Of a DNA stretch of 64,000 nt, positions 47,289 through 56,291 are shown piece by piece (the first letter of the stretch is position 1; each line of letters opens with the position of its first letter). The notes under the pieces are model-generated. The model was not told the origin of the DNA and did no database searches. It saw only the letters and a program-made list of their open reading frames with translations. The DNA is from an uncultured Acidobacteriaceae bacterium (GTDB taxonomy: Bacteria; Acidobacteriota; Terriglobia; Acidiferrales; UBA7541): assembly GCA_964600355.1 (NCBI GenBank), contig CAZRKW010000001.1:1856-65855 (forward strand), written 5' to 3'. A program made the translations under genes and the position numbers.

Positions 47289-47492
47289 CTAGTCGACTTC
47301 CATGATGCGGGAAGACTTGACGACGGGGGATTTCTTTTGCCTTTCGGCAAAGCGCTCGGCGCGCTCCCGGTCGATGTAGACACGGGCGAATTTCTCACCG
47401 TCGTGGTAGTAGACGGTTACCTGCCAGTGCTTGTGCTTGCGCCGACGGTCTTTCTTGACGCGGCTTATCTTTGGGGCGGGTTTCTTCTTCAC
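47289..47492 (-). CDS. Hypothetical small basic protein (67 aa)
   Basis: GTG start preceded by GAGGGA at SD distance, with strong G/C bias in third codon positions. Lys/Arg-rich N-terminus, then WQVTVYYHDGEKFARVYIDRERAERF. I recognise no family. Confidence 0.4.
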   Translation of the reverse strand: MKKKPAPKISRVKKDRRRKHKHWQVTVYYHDGEKFARVYIDRERAERFAERQKKSPVVKSSRIMEVD

Positions 47493-47533
47493 GCGAATCC
47501 CTCGAAATCCCTGCGACTATCACAAATTTACCG

Positions 47534-47622
47534 CTCTCGCGCAAGTAGCAATTTCGAGGTTAACCCCCGAGATATGTGGCGATTCCGGTACCCGTCAGTA
47601 CGCTGGCCTTATTGCGCGAGAG
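47534..47622. repeat. 11-bp perfect inverted repeat CTCTCGCGCAA ... TTGCGCGAGAG separated by 67 nt
   Basis: Arms at 47534-47544 and 47612-47622, read directly. The right arm abuts the stop codon (47609-47611) and covers the last sense codons of the DUF4340-like gene. The left arm lies 41 nt upstream of the small basic ORF start. Confidence 0.8.
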
Positions 47623-48949
47623 ACGAAGCTTCGTAATTCAATGGGTCGTAATCGGGTTTCTTCAACGTGTAGACGGCCGGATCGCCGCTCACCTGAGCGT
47701 AAACAACGTCATTTTCAGGCTGCGTGAGACGCACGGTGACGATCTTCTTGTCCTTGTAAGTAAGCTTCACTTCAATCGCGGGCTTGGCGGTCTTTGAAGC
47801 GATGCTCGCGGGAGGATGGTCGATGATCTTATCGGAACGCAGCGCGTTGAGCGGATCGAACAACATCGAAGACGGCGCATTCTTGCCCTTCAGATTCGCG
47901 GGCGCTTCGATCACCCACATGCCGCTCCCCTGGCTGTTCACAGCGATGTCGCCGTGCTCGTTGTGAATCTCAAAGCGGGTGATATCGGCGGCGTCGACGT
48001 GAATCACTTTTTTGTCGCGCAGGTCGGCAAGCGATTTGGTCAGCTGGGTATCCAAATCGGAGTTGACGTGGAAAATCATGGGGCGCGAAAGATCGCGGGC
48101 GAAGTAGTCGTTGCCGTCCTTCTTGCCGATCACGAGCGTGGATTGCTTACCCGTGTCGTCGGTGGAAATGAAGGTCACTGCGGGATTCGCGAGTCCGTAT
48201 TTCGCCAGGTCGTCGGGTTTCTCGTTGGCGACCGCCGTGAACTTGGCATTTTGTACCGCGCTCAGCAGTGAATCGATGGAATCCTGATCGCCGCGCACGT
48301 CCATGGGCTTCGAGAAATTCCATTGGTCCTTCGCCTTGGCAGCGGCGAGCTCGCTCGAACCGTTCTTGATCGTGAACGACTTCACCTGGCCGCTCGTGAT
48401 ATGGAGCGCGGCGTGGTCGCGCCAATCGTCGAGGGACTTGTCGGCGCTGGTGAGCACGGAACCCGGCAGCAGCAGCACGGTGTTTGCGCCATCGGCGACC
48501 GCGTACACGGAGTCTCCGTCAAACACTTTCTCGCCAACCAGCAGCGAGTGCTTTGCGCCATTCTTGGTCTGGAAGGTGACCGATACTTTTGCGGGATCGA
48601 GTCCAAACGCCTTCAGGCGGTCCGGCGTGCCCGGTTCGGTTTGGGTGCTTCGCGCAAAGGCGAGGTTGCTGAGGGACCCGTCGACTACGGTGGAGTCCGC
48701 CGCTGTGTCCACGGGCTGAACGATCTTCCAGTTGCCACCGCTCTTCTCCATGCGGACGGGAGGCACGTCCGGTTTCGACGGATGACTCACCGTCACGGAG
48801 GTGACGTCGCCCGACGAAAAGGTGAAGGCGGGCTTGGAAGTATCGAGTAGAGCGGTCACGTCCTTGTCATGCTTCTTGTTAAGAACGTAAAAGACGCCGC
48901 CGAGGATGGCCGCGCAAACCAGCACGATTAAGGTAGATTTCTTGATCAT
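47609..48949 (-). CDS. DUF4340-like periplasmic protein (last gene of the ABC-2/GldG operon)
   Basis: N-terminal anchor KKSTLIVLVCAAILGGVFYVL followed by repeated beta-rich modules. The position directly downstream of a GldG-like gene is the usual context of DUF4340 proteins. Confidence 0.65.
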   Translation of the reverse strand: MIKKSTLIVLVCAAILGGVFYVLNKKHDKDVTALLDTSKPAFTFSSGDVTSVTVSHPSKPDVPPVRMEKSGGNWKIVQPVDTAADSTVVDGSLSNLAFARSTQTEPGTPDRLKAFGLDPAKVSVTFQTKNGAKHSLLVGEKVFDGDSVYAVADGANTVLLLPGSVLTSADKSLDDWRDHAALHITSGQVKSFTIKNGSSELAAAKAKDQWNFSKPMDVRGDQDSIDSLLSAVQNAKFTAVANEKPDDLAKYGLANPAVTFISTDDTGKQSTLVIGKKDGNDYFARDLSRPMIFHVNSDLDTQLTKSLADLRDKKVIHVDAADITRFEIHNEHGDIAVNSQGSGMWVIEAPANLKGKNAPSSMLFDPLNALRSDKIIDHPPASIASKTAKPAIEVKLTYKDKKIVTVRLTQPENDVVYAQVSGDPAVYTLKKPDYDPLNYEASSLAQ

Positions 48950-48970
48950 TTTTGCTTGTCCGCCGGATGC

Positions 48971-50503
48971 TTACCGGCGCTTCCACCAGATATAGACACC
49001 GGAAAAAATCACCAGCCCGGGAACGAAGATTAAATCGACCCACCGCAGGCCGGCCGACTGGCTTTCGGTGAGCGTGAGATGGCGATCGGTGGCTTCCTTG
49101 GGACGGATGGAAATCAGATTCTCGTCCTGCGCCAGCCAGTCGACCGTATTGAAGAACAAGTCGCCGTTATGCTGCAAACCGGACCATTGATTCGCGGCGA
49201 AGTCGGAATCCCCGATCACGACCAGGCGCGCATCCTTCTCGCCCTGCTTTCTATCGCCCGCGATTCCGAGCGTAAGAGGTCCAGCCGTGTCCGTCTTGGG
49301 ATCGAACTTCACTTCCTTCTGCTGCAGATTGGGAATCGTGAAGCTTTGCTGCGAAGTCTTCAGAAGCTCGACGTCCTGGATGTCGGCCTTGCTCTTGTCC
49401 GCGACGGACTCGGTGCGGGCCAGGGGGAAGAACGTCATGCCGCCTTTCAGGTTCTTAGTGATGGGGCTGTCGCCATAATCGACAACCAGCGGCACAGCGG
49501 GCCCCGTGCCGAACATGCGGCCAACGCCGCTTGCATCGACGACAACGTTCGAGCCCTGGTTCACGTTCCAGGCTTGCAGGATGTCGTCAAGCTTCGGGTC
49601 GGTCTGGGGATCGATTTCGATGAGGGCTTTCCCGCCGCCATCCAGATACTTGCCGACCATGGCATCTTCCTGCGGGAAGAAGGCCTGCGTCGGACCGGCA
49701 ATCACTAGGACGTCGCAGTCGGACGGAACCTCGTTCTGGGAAACCAGGTTGATCGATTTTGTGGTGTAGCCCTCTTTCTTCAGGCCTGTATCCACCGAGC
49801 TGTAGCCGTTCGCTTGCGTGTCAGCGAGGCCCTTTTCGCCATGGCCGGTTACGAAGCAGACCGTCTTCACCTTATCCTGGGTGATTTTCAGGAGCGCGCT
49901 GGTGATATCAGACTCGCTCACGGGCGCTTCCGGATTGGGAGGGATGGTCTGCTTCTTCGCGCCCATGGAGACAATCACGTCGCCGATGTGACTGGCGCCG
50001 TAGTCCTTGGCTACTTCGGGCTTCTCCTGCGGGTCGACATTCTGGAAATGGATATGCGAATTCAGGGTGCGGTATTCCGTCATGATTTCGTCGAAATGCG
50101 AGTCCGGAGTCTTGGCGAAGCGCACCACGTTGACGTCGTTCTTCAACCCGCCGACGATCTTCTTGGTCTGGTCGGAAAGCGTGTAGAGCTTCTCGGTGGT
50201 CAGATCAAAAAACTTGTGGTGCTGGTAGCCGATCACGTTGGCGATCACGAGAATCACGAGCACACCCAGCGCCAGAACGGACGTGTTGGTGCCCAGTTTG
50301 GAGGAACGCTTCGAGAAAAATGAGGCAATGCCGCTGAATCCGAACACAATGGCCGCGACCACGAAAACGGCTCCCGCGATGAGCAGAATCTTGCTCATCG
50401 TGAGCAGCTCGGACTGTATGGAATACCGCAGGTACCCGGCCACCAGCATGGCCACGCCGATACTTCCCAAGAACTTCCCGATTTCTACCCGGTCCCACTT
50501 CAT
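48971..50503 (-). CDS. GldG-like ABC-type transport auxiliary protein
   Basis: N-terminal TM helices, a large extracytoplasmic domain, and a C-terminal TM (LRWVDLIFVPGLVIFSGVYIWWKRR). The size and context match the GldG / ABC_transp_aux family. Confidence 0.75.
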   Translation of the reverse strand: MKWDRVEIGKFLGSIGVAMLVAGYLRYSIQSELLTMSKILLIAGAVFVVAAIVFGFSGIASFFSKRSSKLGTNTSVLALGVLVILVIANVIGYQHHKFFDLTTEKLYTLSDQTKKIVGGLKNDVNVVRFAKTPDSHFDEIMTEYRTLNSHIHFQNVDPQEKPEVAKDYGASHIGDVIVSMGAKKQTIPPNPEAPVSESDITSALLKITQDKVKTVCFVTGHGEKGLADTQANGYSSVDTGLKKEGYTTKSINLVSQNEVPSDCDVLVIAGPTQAFFPQEDAMVGKYLDGGGKALIEIDPQTDPKLDDILQAWNVNQGSNVVVDASGVGRMFGTGPAVPLVVDYGDSPITKNLKGGMTFFPLARTESVADKSKADIQDVELLKTSQQSFTIPNLQQKEVKFDPKTDTAGPLTLGIAGDRKQGEKDARLVVIGDSDFAANQWSGLQHNGDLFFNTVDWLAQDENLISIRPKEATDRHLTLTESQSAGLRWVDLIFVPGLVIFSGVYIWWKRR

Positions 50504-50567
50504 TCTATAAATCCCCTCCCGAGCCGCACGCTCGTTTACGATCTTCGATCAGTCACCGGATGAATGA

Positions 50568-51353
50568 TTAAGCGCGGCGCCATCGCATGGAATCGACTGC
50601 GCGCACCGTCAAGAAAACGAACAAAATCATGAAGCTTGCGTAATAAATCAAACTGGACGAATCGATCACCCCTCGCGTGAAGTCGTCAAAGTGACGGATC
50701 ACGGACAGGTACTCGAGCACATTCCCCGCGCCGCCGCCGGCGTTGCGCCCCAGATCGATCACCCACACGCCCAGGAAGGCGGCAAACGTGAGCACCGCGG
50801 CGATCAGCTGATTTTCCGTGAGCGAAGAAATAAACGAGCCGAGCGACAGGAGGCAACCGCCCAGCAGCATCACTCCGACATACCCTGCCACAAGCAATCT
50901 CCAGGGCGGAACCGGATCGCTGTGAAGGTAGATGAAAACCAGATAGGCGGCGGTGGGCAGCAGCATGATGGCAAACAGCGTGACTGATGCCAGAAACTTC
51001 CCGACCACGATCTGGACTTCCGTGATGGGCGAGGTCATCAGCAGCTCCATCGTTCCGCGCTTGCGCTCCTCGGAGAACACGCCCATGGTCAGCATCGGGG
51101 TAAGGAATAGAACCAGCGTGGAGAGCAATCCGAAAAAGGCGCGCATCACCTCCATGGTGACGTCGATATTCGGGTGCATGCCCATTTCCATTTCCTGCAT
51201 CTGCATTTGCATGGCCTGCTGCATCACGGCCGCGAGGAAATAGTTGAAGAAGAAGGCGCTGAGCGCCAGAAAAACGCCCACGACCACATAGGCGACCGGC
51301 GAAACGAAGTAATGGCCCATTTCCTTGCGATAAATAGCGTAGAGACCTTTCAT
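50568..51353 (-). CDS. ABC-2 type transporter permease (GldF-like)
   Basis: 261 aa, 6 TM helices, N-terminus YRKEMGHYFVSPVAYVVVGVFL and EERKRGTMELLMTSP, the typical ABC-2 permease motif. Confidence 0.85.
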   Translation of the reverse strand: MKGLYAIYRKEMGHYFVSPVAYVVVGVFLALSAFFFNYFLAAVMQQAMQMQMQEMEMGMHPNIDVTMEVMRAFFGLLSTLVLFLTPMLTMGVFSEERKRGTMELLMTSPITEVQIVVGKFLASVTLFAIMLLPTAAYLVFIYLHSDPVPPWRLLVAGYVGVMLLGGCLLSLGSFISSLTENQLIAAVLTFAAFLGVWVIDLGRNAGGGAGNVLEYLSVIRHFDDFTRGVIDSSSLIYYASFMILFVFLTVRAVDSMRWRRA

Positions 51354-51371
51354 CTTTTCCGTATCGCTCCT

Positions 51372-52331
51372 TTAGTCCGCTGCTTCTGAATGAGCTGAAT
51401 CTTCGGTAGTCAACTCCAGGAAAATGTCCTCGAGGCTGAGGCTTACGCCGCGCAACTCGAAAAGCGGCCAGCCCTTCTGAACAACACCTGCGGCAATCTG
51501 GCTGCGGACGTCCTTACCAGCGGCGGCTTCCACAGTGGCCGTCACATGGCCGTTCGCGTGAGCGGCTTCGATCTGCGTCCGGCTGACGCCGGGAATCTGC
51601 GCGAGCAGCTCCTGCAAAGAACGCTCCGGGGCCTGCACCTCGACGCGAATCTTCTGGCCGCCCTTGAGCTGTGCGGTGAGGTTTTCGGGCGTGTCCACCG
51701 CGGCGACTTTTCCCTTATTGATGATGACGACGCGGTCGCACGTCATGCTGACTTCGGGCAGGATGTGCGTCGAGAGAATGATGGTGTGGTTGCCCGCGAG
51801 GCCCTTGATCAAATGCCTCACCTCGATGATCTGCTTGGGGTCGAGGCCGACGGTAGGCTCGTCGAGGATGATCACGTCGGGGTCATGGACGAGCGCCTGG
51901 GCCAGCCCTACGCGCTGCTTGTAGCCGCGGGAGAGGCGCTTGATGAGCTGGTCGCGCTTGTCTTCGATATTCGTTTTGTGCATCGCATCGGCTACGCGTT
52001 CGGCGCGGCGTTCCGAGGGAACGTTCTTGATGCGGGCCACGAAGTCGAGGTAACTCGCGACCGTCATATCGGGATAGACAGGGGGCGCTTCCGGCAGATA
52101 GCCGATATGGCGGCGGACTTCCAGGGAATCGTCGAAGACATCAAAACCCGCGATGCGCGCCGTGCCGGAGGTCGCCGGCATGTACCCGGTGAGAATGCGC
52201 ATCGTGGTGGTCTTGCCGGCGCCGTTCGGGCCCAGAAAACCCAGGATTTCTCCTTTATTTACGGTAAACGATACGTGGTCCACGGCGATTACCGAGCCGT
52301 AGGACTTGGTCAGATCCTGTACTTCGATCAA
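51372..52331 (-). CDS. ABC transporter ATP-binding protein (GldA-like)
   Basis: Walker A GPNGAGKTT, the signature LSRGYKQRVGLAQAL, Walker B IILDEPTVGLD and the H-loop STH. Confidence 0.95.
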   Translation of the reverse strand: MIEVQDLTKSYGSVIAVDHVSFTVNKGEILGFLGPNGAGKTTTMRILTGYMPATSGTARIAGFDVFDDSLEVRRHIGYLPEAPPVYPDMTVASYLDFVARIKNVPSERRAERVADAMHKTNIEDKRDQLIKRLSRGYKQRVGLAQALVHDPDVIILDEPTVGLDPKQIIEVRHLIKGLAGNHTIILSTHILPEVSMTCDRVVIINKGKVAAVDTPENLTAQLKGGQKIRVEVQAPERSLQELLAQIPGVSRTQIEAAHANGHVTATVEAAAGKDVRSQIAAGVVQKGWPLFELRGVSLSLEDIFLELTTEDSAHSEAAD

Positions 52332-52633
52332 TGCATTCTCCTCCGAACAAAAGAAAAGGACGACTCCCGCATAGCCTCAGAGCGGGCGGTCCGTTATACT
52401 AAACTTTACTCAAAATTGGTATCGCCGATTCACGAAACACCGGTGCAGAAGGGGTTTGGAAGCCCCGCCCAGATTGAAGTTTGCAGGCGCATAACGATTT
52501 TTCGCCTCTCACTCTTCCATTGGATAGACGCACCAGAACTGAAAATGGTTAGGCAACGGTGTTTCCGGGCACCGCATCCACATGCCTTACCAGCTGCGTT
52601 CCGACTCCGGGCCTGCCGGGCGGGCTCGTAAGT

Positions 52634-52653
52634 GATGGAGATGAAATGGAGAT
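52634..52653. repeat. 9-bp direct repeat ATGGAGATG x2 with 11-bp phasing next to a TTGACA hexamer
   Basis: Copies at 52634-52642 and 52645-52653. TTGACA lies at 52658-52663. All are in the 525-bp intergenic region upstream of the large lipoprotein gene. Confidence 0.8.
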
Positions 52654-52856
52654 GTGCGTTGACACACTCCGGCTGTTTTGTTATTCAGCTCGTTTGTCTT
52701 AATATGGCCAGGGTTTGAATACGGTGATCTAGCCGCCGCCTGGGCTTATCGAAAAGCAATCCAAAGGTGATAATGACGAGTCCGAAGGTTTATGCCCGCA
52801 CTGGCGGGAAATCCGCGAAGGTCGGCGGCGCGCACGACCAGGGGTTTGGCGGTTGG

Positions 52857-55589
52857 ATGAGGGTGCGGGAATCTCTCTTAGCTCTGCTGGTTATCTGCTG
52901 CGGAATCTTTCTGCTGTCGGGATGCCACAGCGGCTCCGCGGGCATCACGGTGCAGATACTGCCCAACAGCACGGTCTCGCTGGACTCGGGGCAAAGCTAC
53001 AACTTTACGGCGACCGTCGCCAACGACATTCACAACCAGGGCGTTACGTGGAGTCTGACTCAGACGACCAGTTGCTCGGGAAGCGGATGCGGCACGCTGA
53101 GCAAGGTGACCAATTCTTCGGTCACCTACACCGCGCCTTCCAACCTTACGGCAGCCTTGTCGGTTACTCTTACCGCGGCATCCGTATCTCAGACCAGCGC
53201 CACTACGACCGCAACGATCAGCATTGCTATTCCCGTGACTTTCACAACGACCACCCTGCCGAATGGCGCCAATGGTGTTCCTTACAACCAGTCCATCACG
53301 GTCACGGGAGGAGTGACTCCGCTTACGTTCTCGCTTCAGTCCGGCACATTTCTTCCACCAGGTCTGGCGTTGAATTCCACCGGAAGCATCGTGGGAAAGC
53401 CGACCGCTCCCACGGTAGGCCAACAGATGACCACATCTTCCTTCACTGTGGTAGTCACAGATAACGGTACACCTCCCGTGGCGGTGAACGAGCCGTATAC
53501 GATCTCGGTTACGCCGCCGCCAGTGCTCGCGATTACGTCCACTTCCGTAAAAGCCGCGGTTACCAATACAACGTACGCCGCTCAAGTGGCGACGACCGGC
53601 GGCGTTTCGCCGTTAACGTGGACCCTGCTGACGGGAACCGGCGCCGCGCCTTTCAACACTTTGCCGCCTGGTCTCGGCCTGGGGACGAATTCCGGCCAGA
53701 TTACGGGCGTGGTGCCGCAAGGTACGGCGGTGGGAACCTACAATTTCAAGGTGCAGGTGCAGGATTCGTCGCTGCCGTCGGCGCAGTCGTTGCAGCAATC
53801 GCTTTCGATCGTTGTTACGACACCACAGCCACTGACCATCTCCTCGACCGTGCTGCCGACAGGCACCACGGCCACCGCGTATAACGCCTCTTTGCAGGCG
53901 GCGGGCGGGATTACACCGTATGTGTGGACAGTGACCAGCGGCCAGCTTCCCTCGGGTCTCACACTCGGGCCGGATGGGACCATTTCAGGGGTCCCTGTGC
54001 TGGCTACAACGTCACCGAACAATTTCACAGTCAAAGTGACGGATTCGGAAGTGACTCCGCAAACCTTATCGCAAGCCCTGAGCATTTCGATCACGGCTGG
54101 CAGCACGAGCGGCGATTCGCTGATCAATGGCTCTTATTCGTTCCTGTTTAACGGATTCGATTCCAACGGATCGGTGGCCATCGCGGGTTCGATCGCAACC
54201 GACGGGAACGGCAACATTACCTCGGGAGAGGAAGACAGCAACCGGTCGGGAACCAATAACCTGATCACCGCAATCCCGCTGCTGGGATCCTACTCGCTGG
54301 GATCGGACGGCCGCGGAACGATGGAACTGGTCGCTTTCAACCCGAGCACGCACGTAAGCCTCACCACCGATTACCGGATCGTGCTCGATTCATCCGGCAC
54401 GATTCATTTCATCCAGAATAACGACATCACCACCGTCGGCGTGGGCACCGATACCCTCGGCACGCACGGCGAGGGCATCATGAAGCCCATTGTGGGAAGT
54501 TTCTCGGGCGTCAGCTTCAATGGAAACTATTCGTTCCTGTTCGCCGGACAGGACACGAGCGCCAAGCCCGCAGCGCTTGCCGGAGCGATCCGCGCCGACG
54601 GCAACGGCAACATCAACCCCGCGGCGGGAGGCGTCAGCAGCGATTTCAACGATAATGGCACTATCAGCTCGCAGAATATTTCGGGCACCTTTTCCGTGGG
54701 AGCCATGAACAATCGCGGTACCGCTGAATTTCTTTTCCAGATTCCCGGAAAATCGGCGAGCACGCTGCAATTTGCGTTCTATTTCGTCACACCCCTGGAT
54801 ATTTATTTTGTGGAGACGGACAGTTCGACCACCGCTCTTTCTCCCGTGTATTACCGGCTGAGCGGCGAAATGATCGCCCAGAATTCCAGCTACGCGTTTT
54901 CGAACAGCTCCCTTTTGGGTACCAGCGTGGTGAGCGGAAGCGGATCGAACGGCAACAACGCGAGCGTTCTGGCGGGCTTGCTCACGTCCACAGCGGGAGC
55001 CGGAGCCGCCACCCTGACGTATGATGAAAACAATGGGGGCGCGATCACGTCTCCCTCGCCAAGCTTCAGCGGAGCCTATTCAGTGGCGGGGAATGGCCGC
55101 ACGCCGTTCACCAGTCTCGGGTCGCGTGCCGCGGTGGCTTACCTAACCGGTCCGGGCCAGGGCTTCTTACTCGGCGGCGATGCCGCGGTAACCACCGGCC
55201 TGCTCGAACAACAATCGGGCGCTCCTTTTGCTACTTCGTCTGTGCAGGGCGGGTATACGATCAGCACATCTTTGCCCGTGGAAACCAAGGTTCCAAACTT
55301 GCTGGGCCAGGTCAGCTCGGACGGCGCAGGCAGCGTGACGGGCATCGTGGATGAAATCGATCCTCCAGTCACGGCCACACCTGAGGGCAAGGCGAATTTG
55401 AACCAGTCCTTGATCGCGCACATCAACTTTATCGGCACAAACGGCCGGGGAACAGCCACGACGAATTCGCCTACCGGGATTCCGGCCACGATGATCTTCT
55501 ATTTGGTGTCCCCGGCGCATTTCCGGGCGATCTCGGCGGATTCGAACCCGGGCAATAGCCACCCGGACGTGCTTTTCTTTGACCACTAG
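52857..55589 (+). CDS. Large surface lipoprotein: three Ig-like (putative-Ig, cadherin-like) repeats plus four copies of an unrecognised ~110-aa module
   Basis: Lipobox LLSGC. There are three ~95-aa repeats with the pattern LP.G..G..Y...(L/V).(A/T)(T/G)GG(V/I)(T/S)P(L/Y).(F/W)(S/T)(L/V)....LPPGL.L...G.I.G.P. These are followed by four repeats of the type G.Y.F...G......A.AG.I..DG.G.I......D.N..G.......G.Y.V...GRG. The start is placed at the Met preceding the lipobox. Confidence 0.75.
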   Translation: MRVRESLLALLVICCGIFLLSGCHSGSAGITVQILPNSTVSLDSGQSYNFTATVANDIHNQGVTWSLTQTTSCSGSGCGTLSKVTNSSVTYTAPSNLTAALSVTLTAASVSQTSATTTATISIAIPVTFTTTTLPNGANGVPYNQSITVTGGVTPLTFSLQSGTFLPPGLALNSTGSIVGKPTAPTVGQQMTTSSFTVVVTDNGTPPVAVNEPYTISVTPPPVLAITSTSVKAAVTNTTYAAQVATTGGVSPLTWTLLTGTGAAPFNTLPPGLGLGTNSGQITGVVPQGTAVGTYNFKVQVQDSSLPSAQSLQQSLSIVVTTPQPLTISSTVLPTGTTATAYNASLQAAGGITPYVWTVTSGQLPSGLTLGPDGTISGVPVLATTSPNNFTVKVTDSEVTPQTLSQALSISITAGSTSGDSLINGSYSFLFNGFDSNGSVAIAGSIATDGNGNITSGEEDSNRSGTNNLITAIPLLGSYSLGSDGRGTMELVAFNPSTHVSLTTDYRIVLDSSGTIHFIQNNDITTVGVGTDTLGTHGEGIMKPIVGSFSGVSFNGNYSFLFAGQDTSAKPAALAGAIRADGNGNINPAAGGVSSDFNDNGTISSQNISGTFSVGAMNNRGTAEFLFQIPGKSASTLQFAFYFVTPLDIYFVETDSSTTALSPVYYRLSGEMIAQNSSYAFSNSSLLGTSVVSGSGSNGNNASVLAGLLTSTAGAGAATLTYDENNGGAITSPSPSFSGAYSVAGNGRTPFTSLGSRAAVAYLTGPGQGFLLGGDAAVTTGLLEQQSGAPFATSSVQGGYTISTSLPVETKVPNLLGQVSSDGAGSVTGIVDEIDPPVTATPEGKANLNQSLIAHINFIGTNGRGTATTNSPTGIPATMIFYLVSPAHFRAISADSNPGNSHPDVLFFDH

Positions 55590-55717
55590 ATTGGTTTGTA
55601 GTGCAACGGGCGGAAGGATGCCGACGTTTATAGGCTTGGCCGCGCGAACTTCAAATCACCGGCTGCACACTAGGGTCATCCTCGAGGTTATCGCGAAGCC
55701 ATAAAGAGCGAGCAGAT

Positions 55718-56143
55718 TTATGCTTTTTTCTTGCCTTGGTCTTCGTCTTCTTTCTCGACCAATTGAAGCGCCGCGGAGTTAATGCAGAACCTCAATCCTG
55801 TGGGCTGGGGTCCGTCCTCAAATACGTGCCCGAGGTGCGCGTCGCACCGGCTGCATAGAACTTCCGTGCGGGCCATCCCGTGGCTGGCATCGCGCTCCAT
55901 CTCCACATTTTCCGCCGCGATCGGCTGCCAGTAGCTGGGCCAGCCGGAACCCGAGTGGAATTTTGCTTCGGAGCTAAAAAGCGGCTGTCCGCAGCAGACG
56001 CAGACATAGGTGCCTGGAGTCTCGGTATCTTCATATTCGCCCGAGTAAGGGGGCTCGGTGCCCTTTTTTCGCGTTACGTGAAATTGATCTTCGTTCAGCT
56101 GGGATCGCCATTCCGCATCGCTTTTTCGAATTTTGTCGCTCAT
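55718..56143 (-). CDS. msrB: Peptide-methionine (R)-S-oxide reductase
   Basis: Both Zn-binding CxxC pairs ([21 protein letters not shown]), GWPS, and the catalytic RFCINS. Confidence 0.95.
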   Translation of the reverse strand: MSDKIRKSDAEWRSQLNEDQFHVTRKKGTEPPYSGEYEDTETPGTYVCVCCGQPLFSSEAKFHSGSGWPSYWQPIAAENVEMERDASHGMARTEVLCSRCDAHLGHVFEDGPQPTGLRFCINSAALQLVEKEDEDQGKKKA

Positions 56144-56291
56144 GCCTCTAGGTTACTATCAGCCGCGGGAGGCGTCCAGATGAGCCTCGATCGGTCGCGT
56201 GGTTCTCGCCTCCCGTGTTATTTGCCACGGTAAGGAAAATCTAATGCGTCCTGCCCCGGTATGGTGTTAAATTCCGCATAGAGGAAGGCTT

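Noticed and set aside
51546-52631. 361-aa plus-strand ORF
   Set aside because: Antisense to the ABC ATPase gene (Walker A/B and signature motifs on the minus strand). The extension into the intergenic region has no coding-like bias.
56166-56214. 9-bp inverted repeat CGGGAGGCG ... CGCCTCCCG in the msrB divergent promoter region (coordinates approximate)
   Set aside because: The loop is about 30 nt, there is no supporting context (it lies upstream of both flanking genes, so it is not a terminator), and the arms are simple GC-rich sequence. Judged too weak to interpret.
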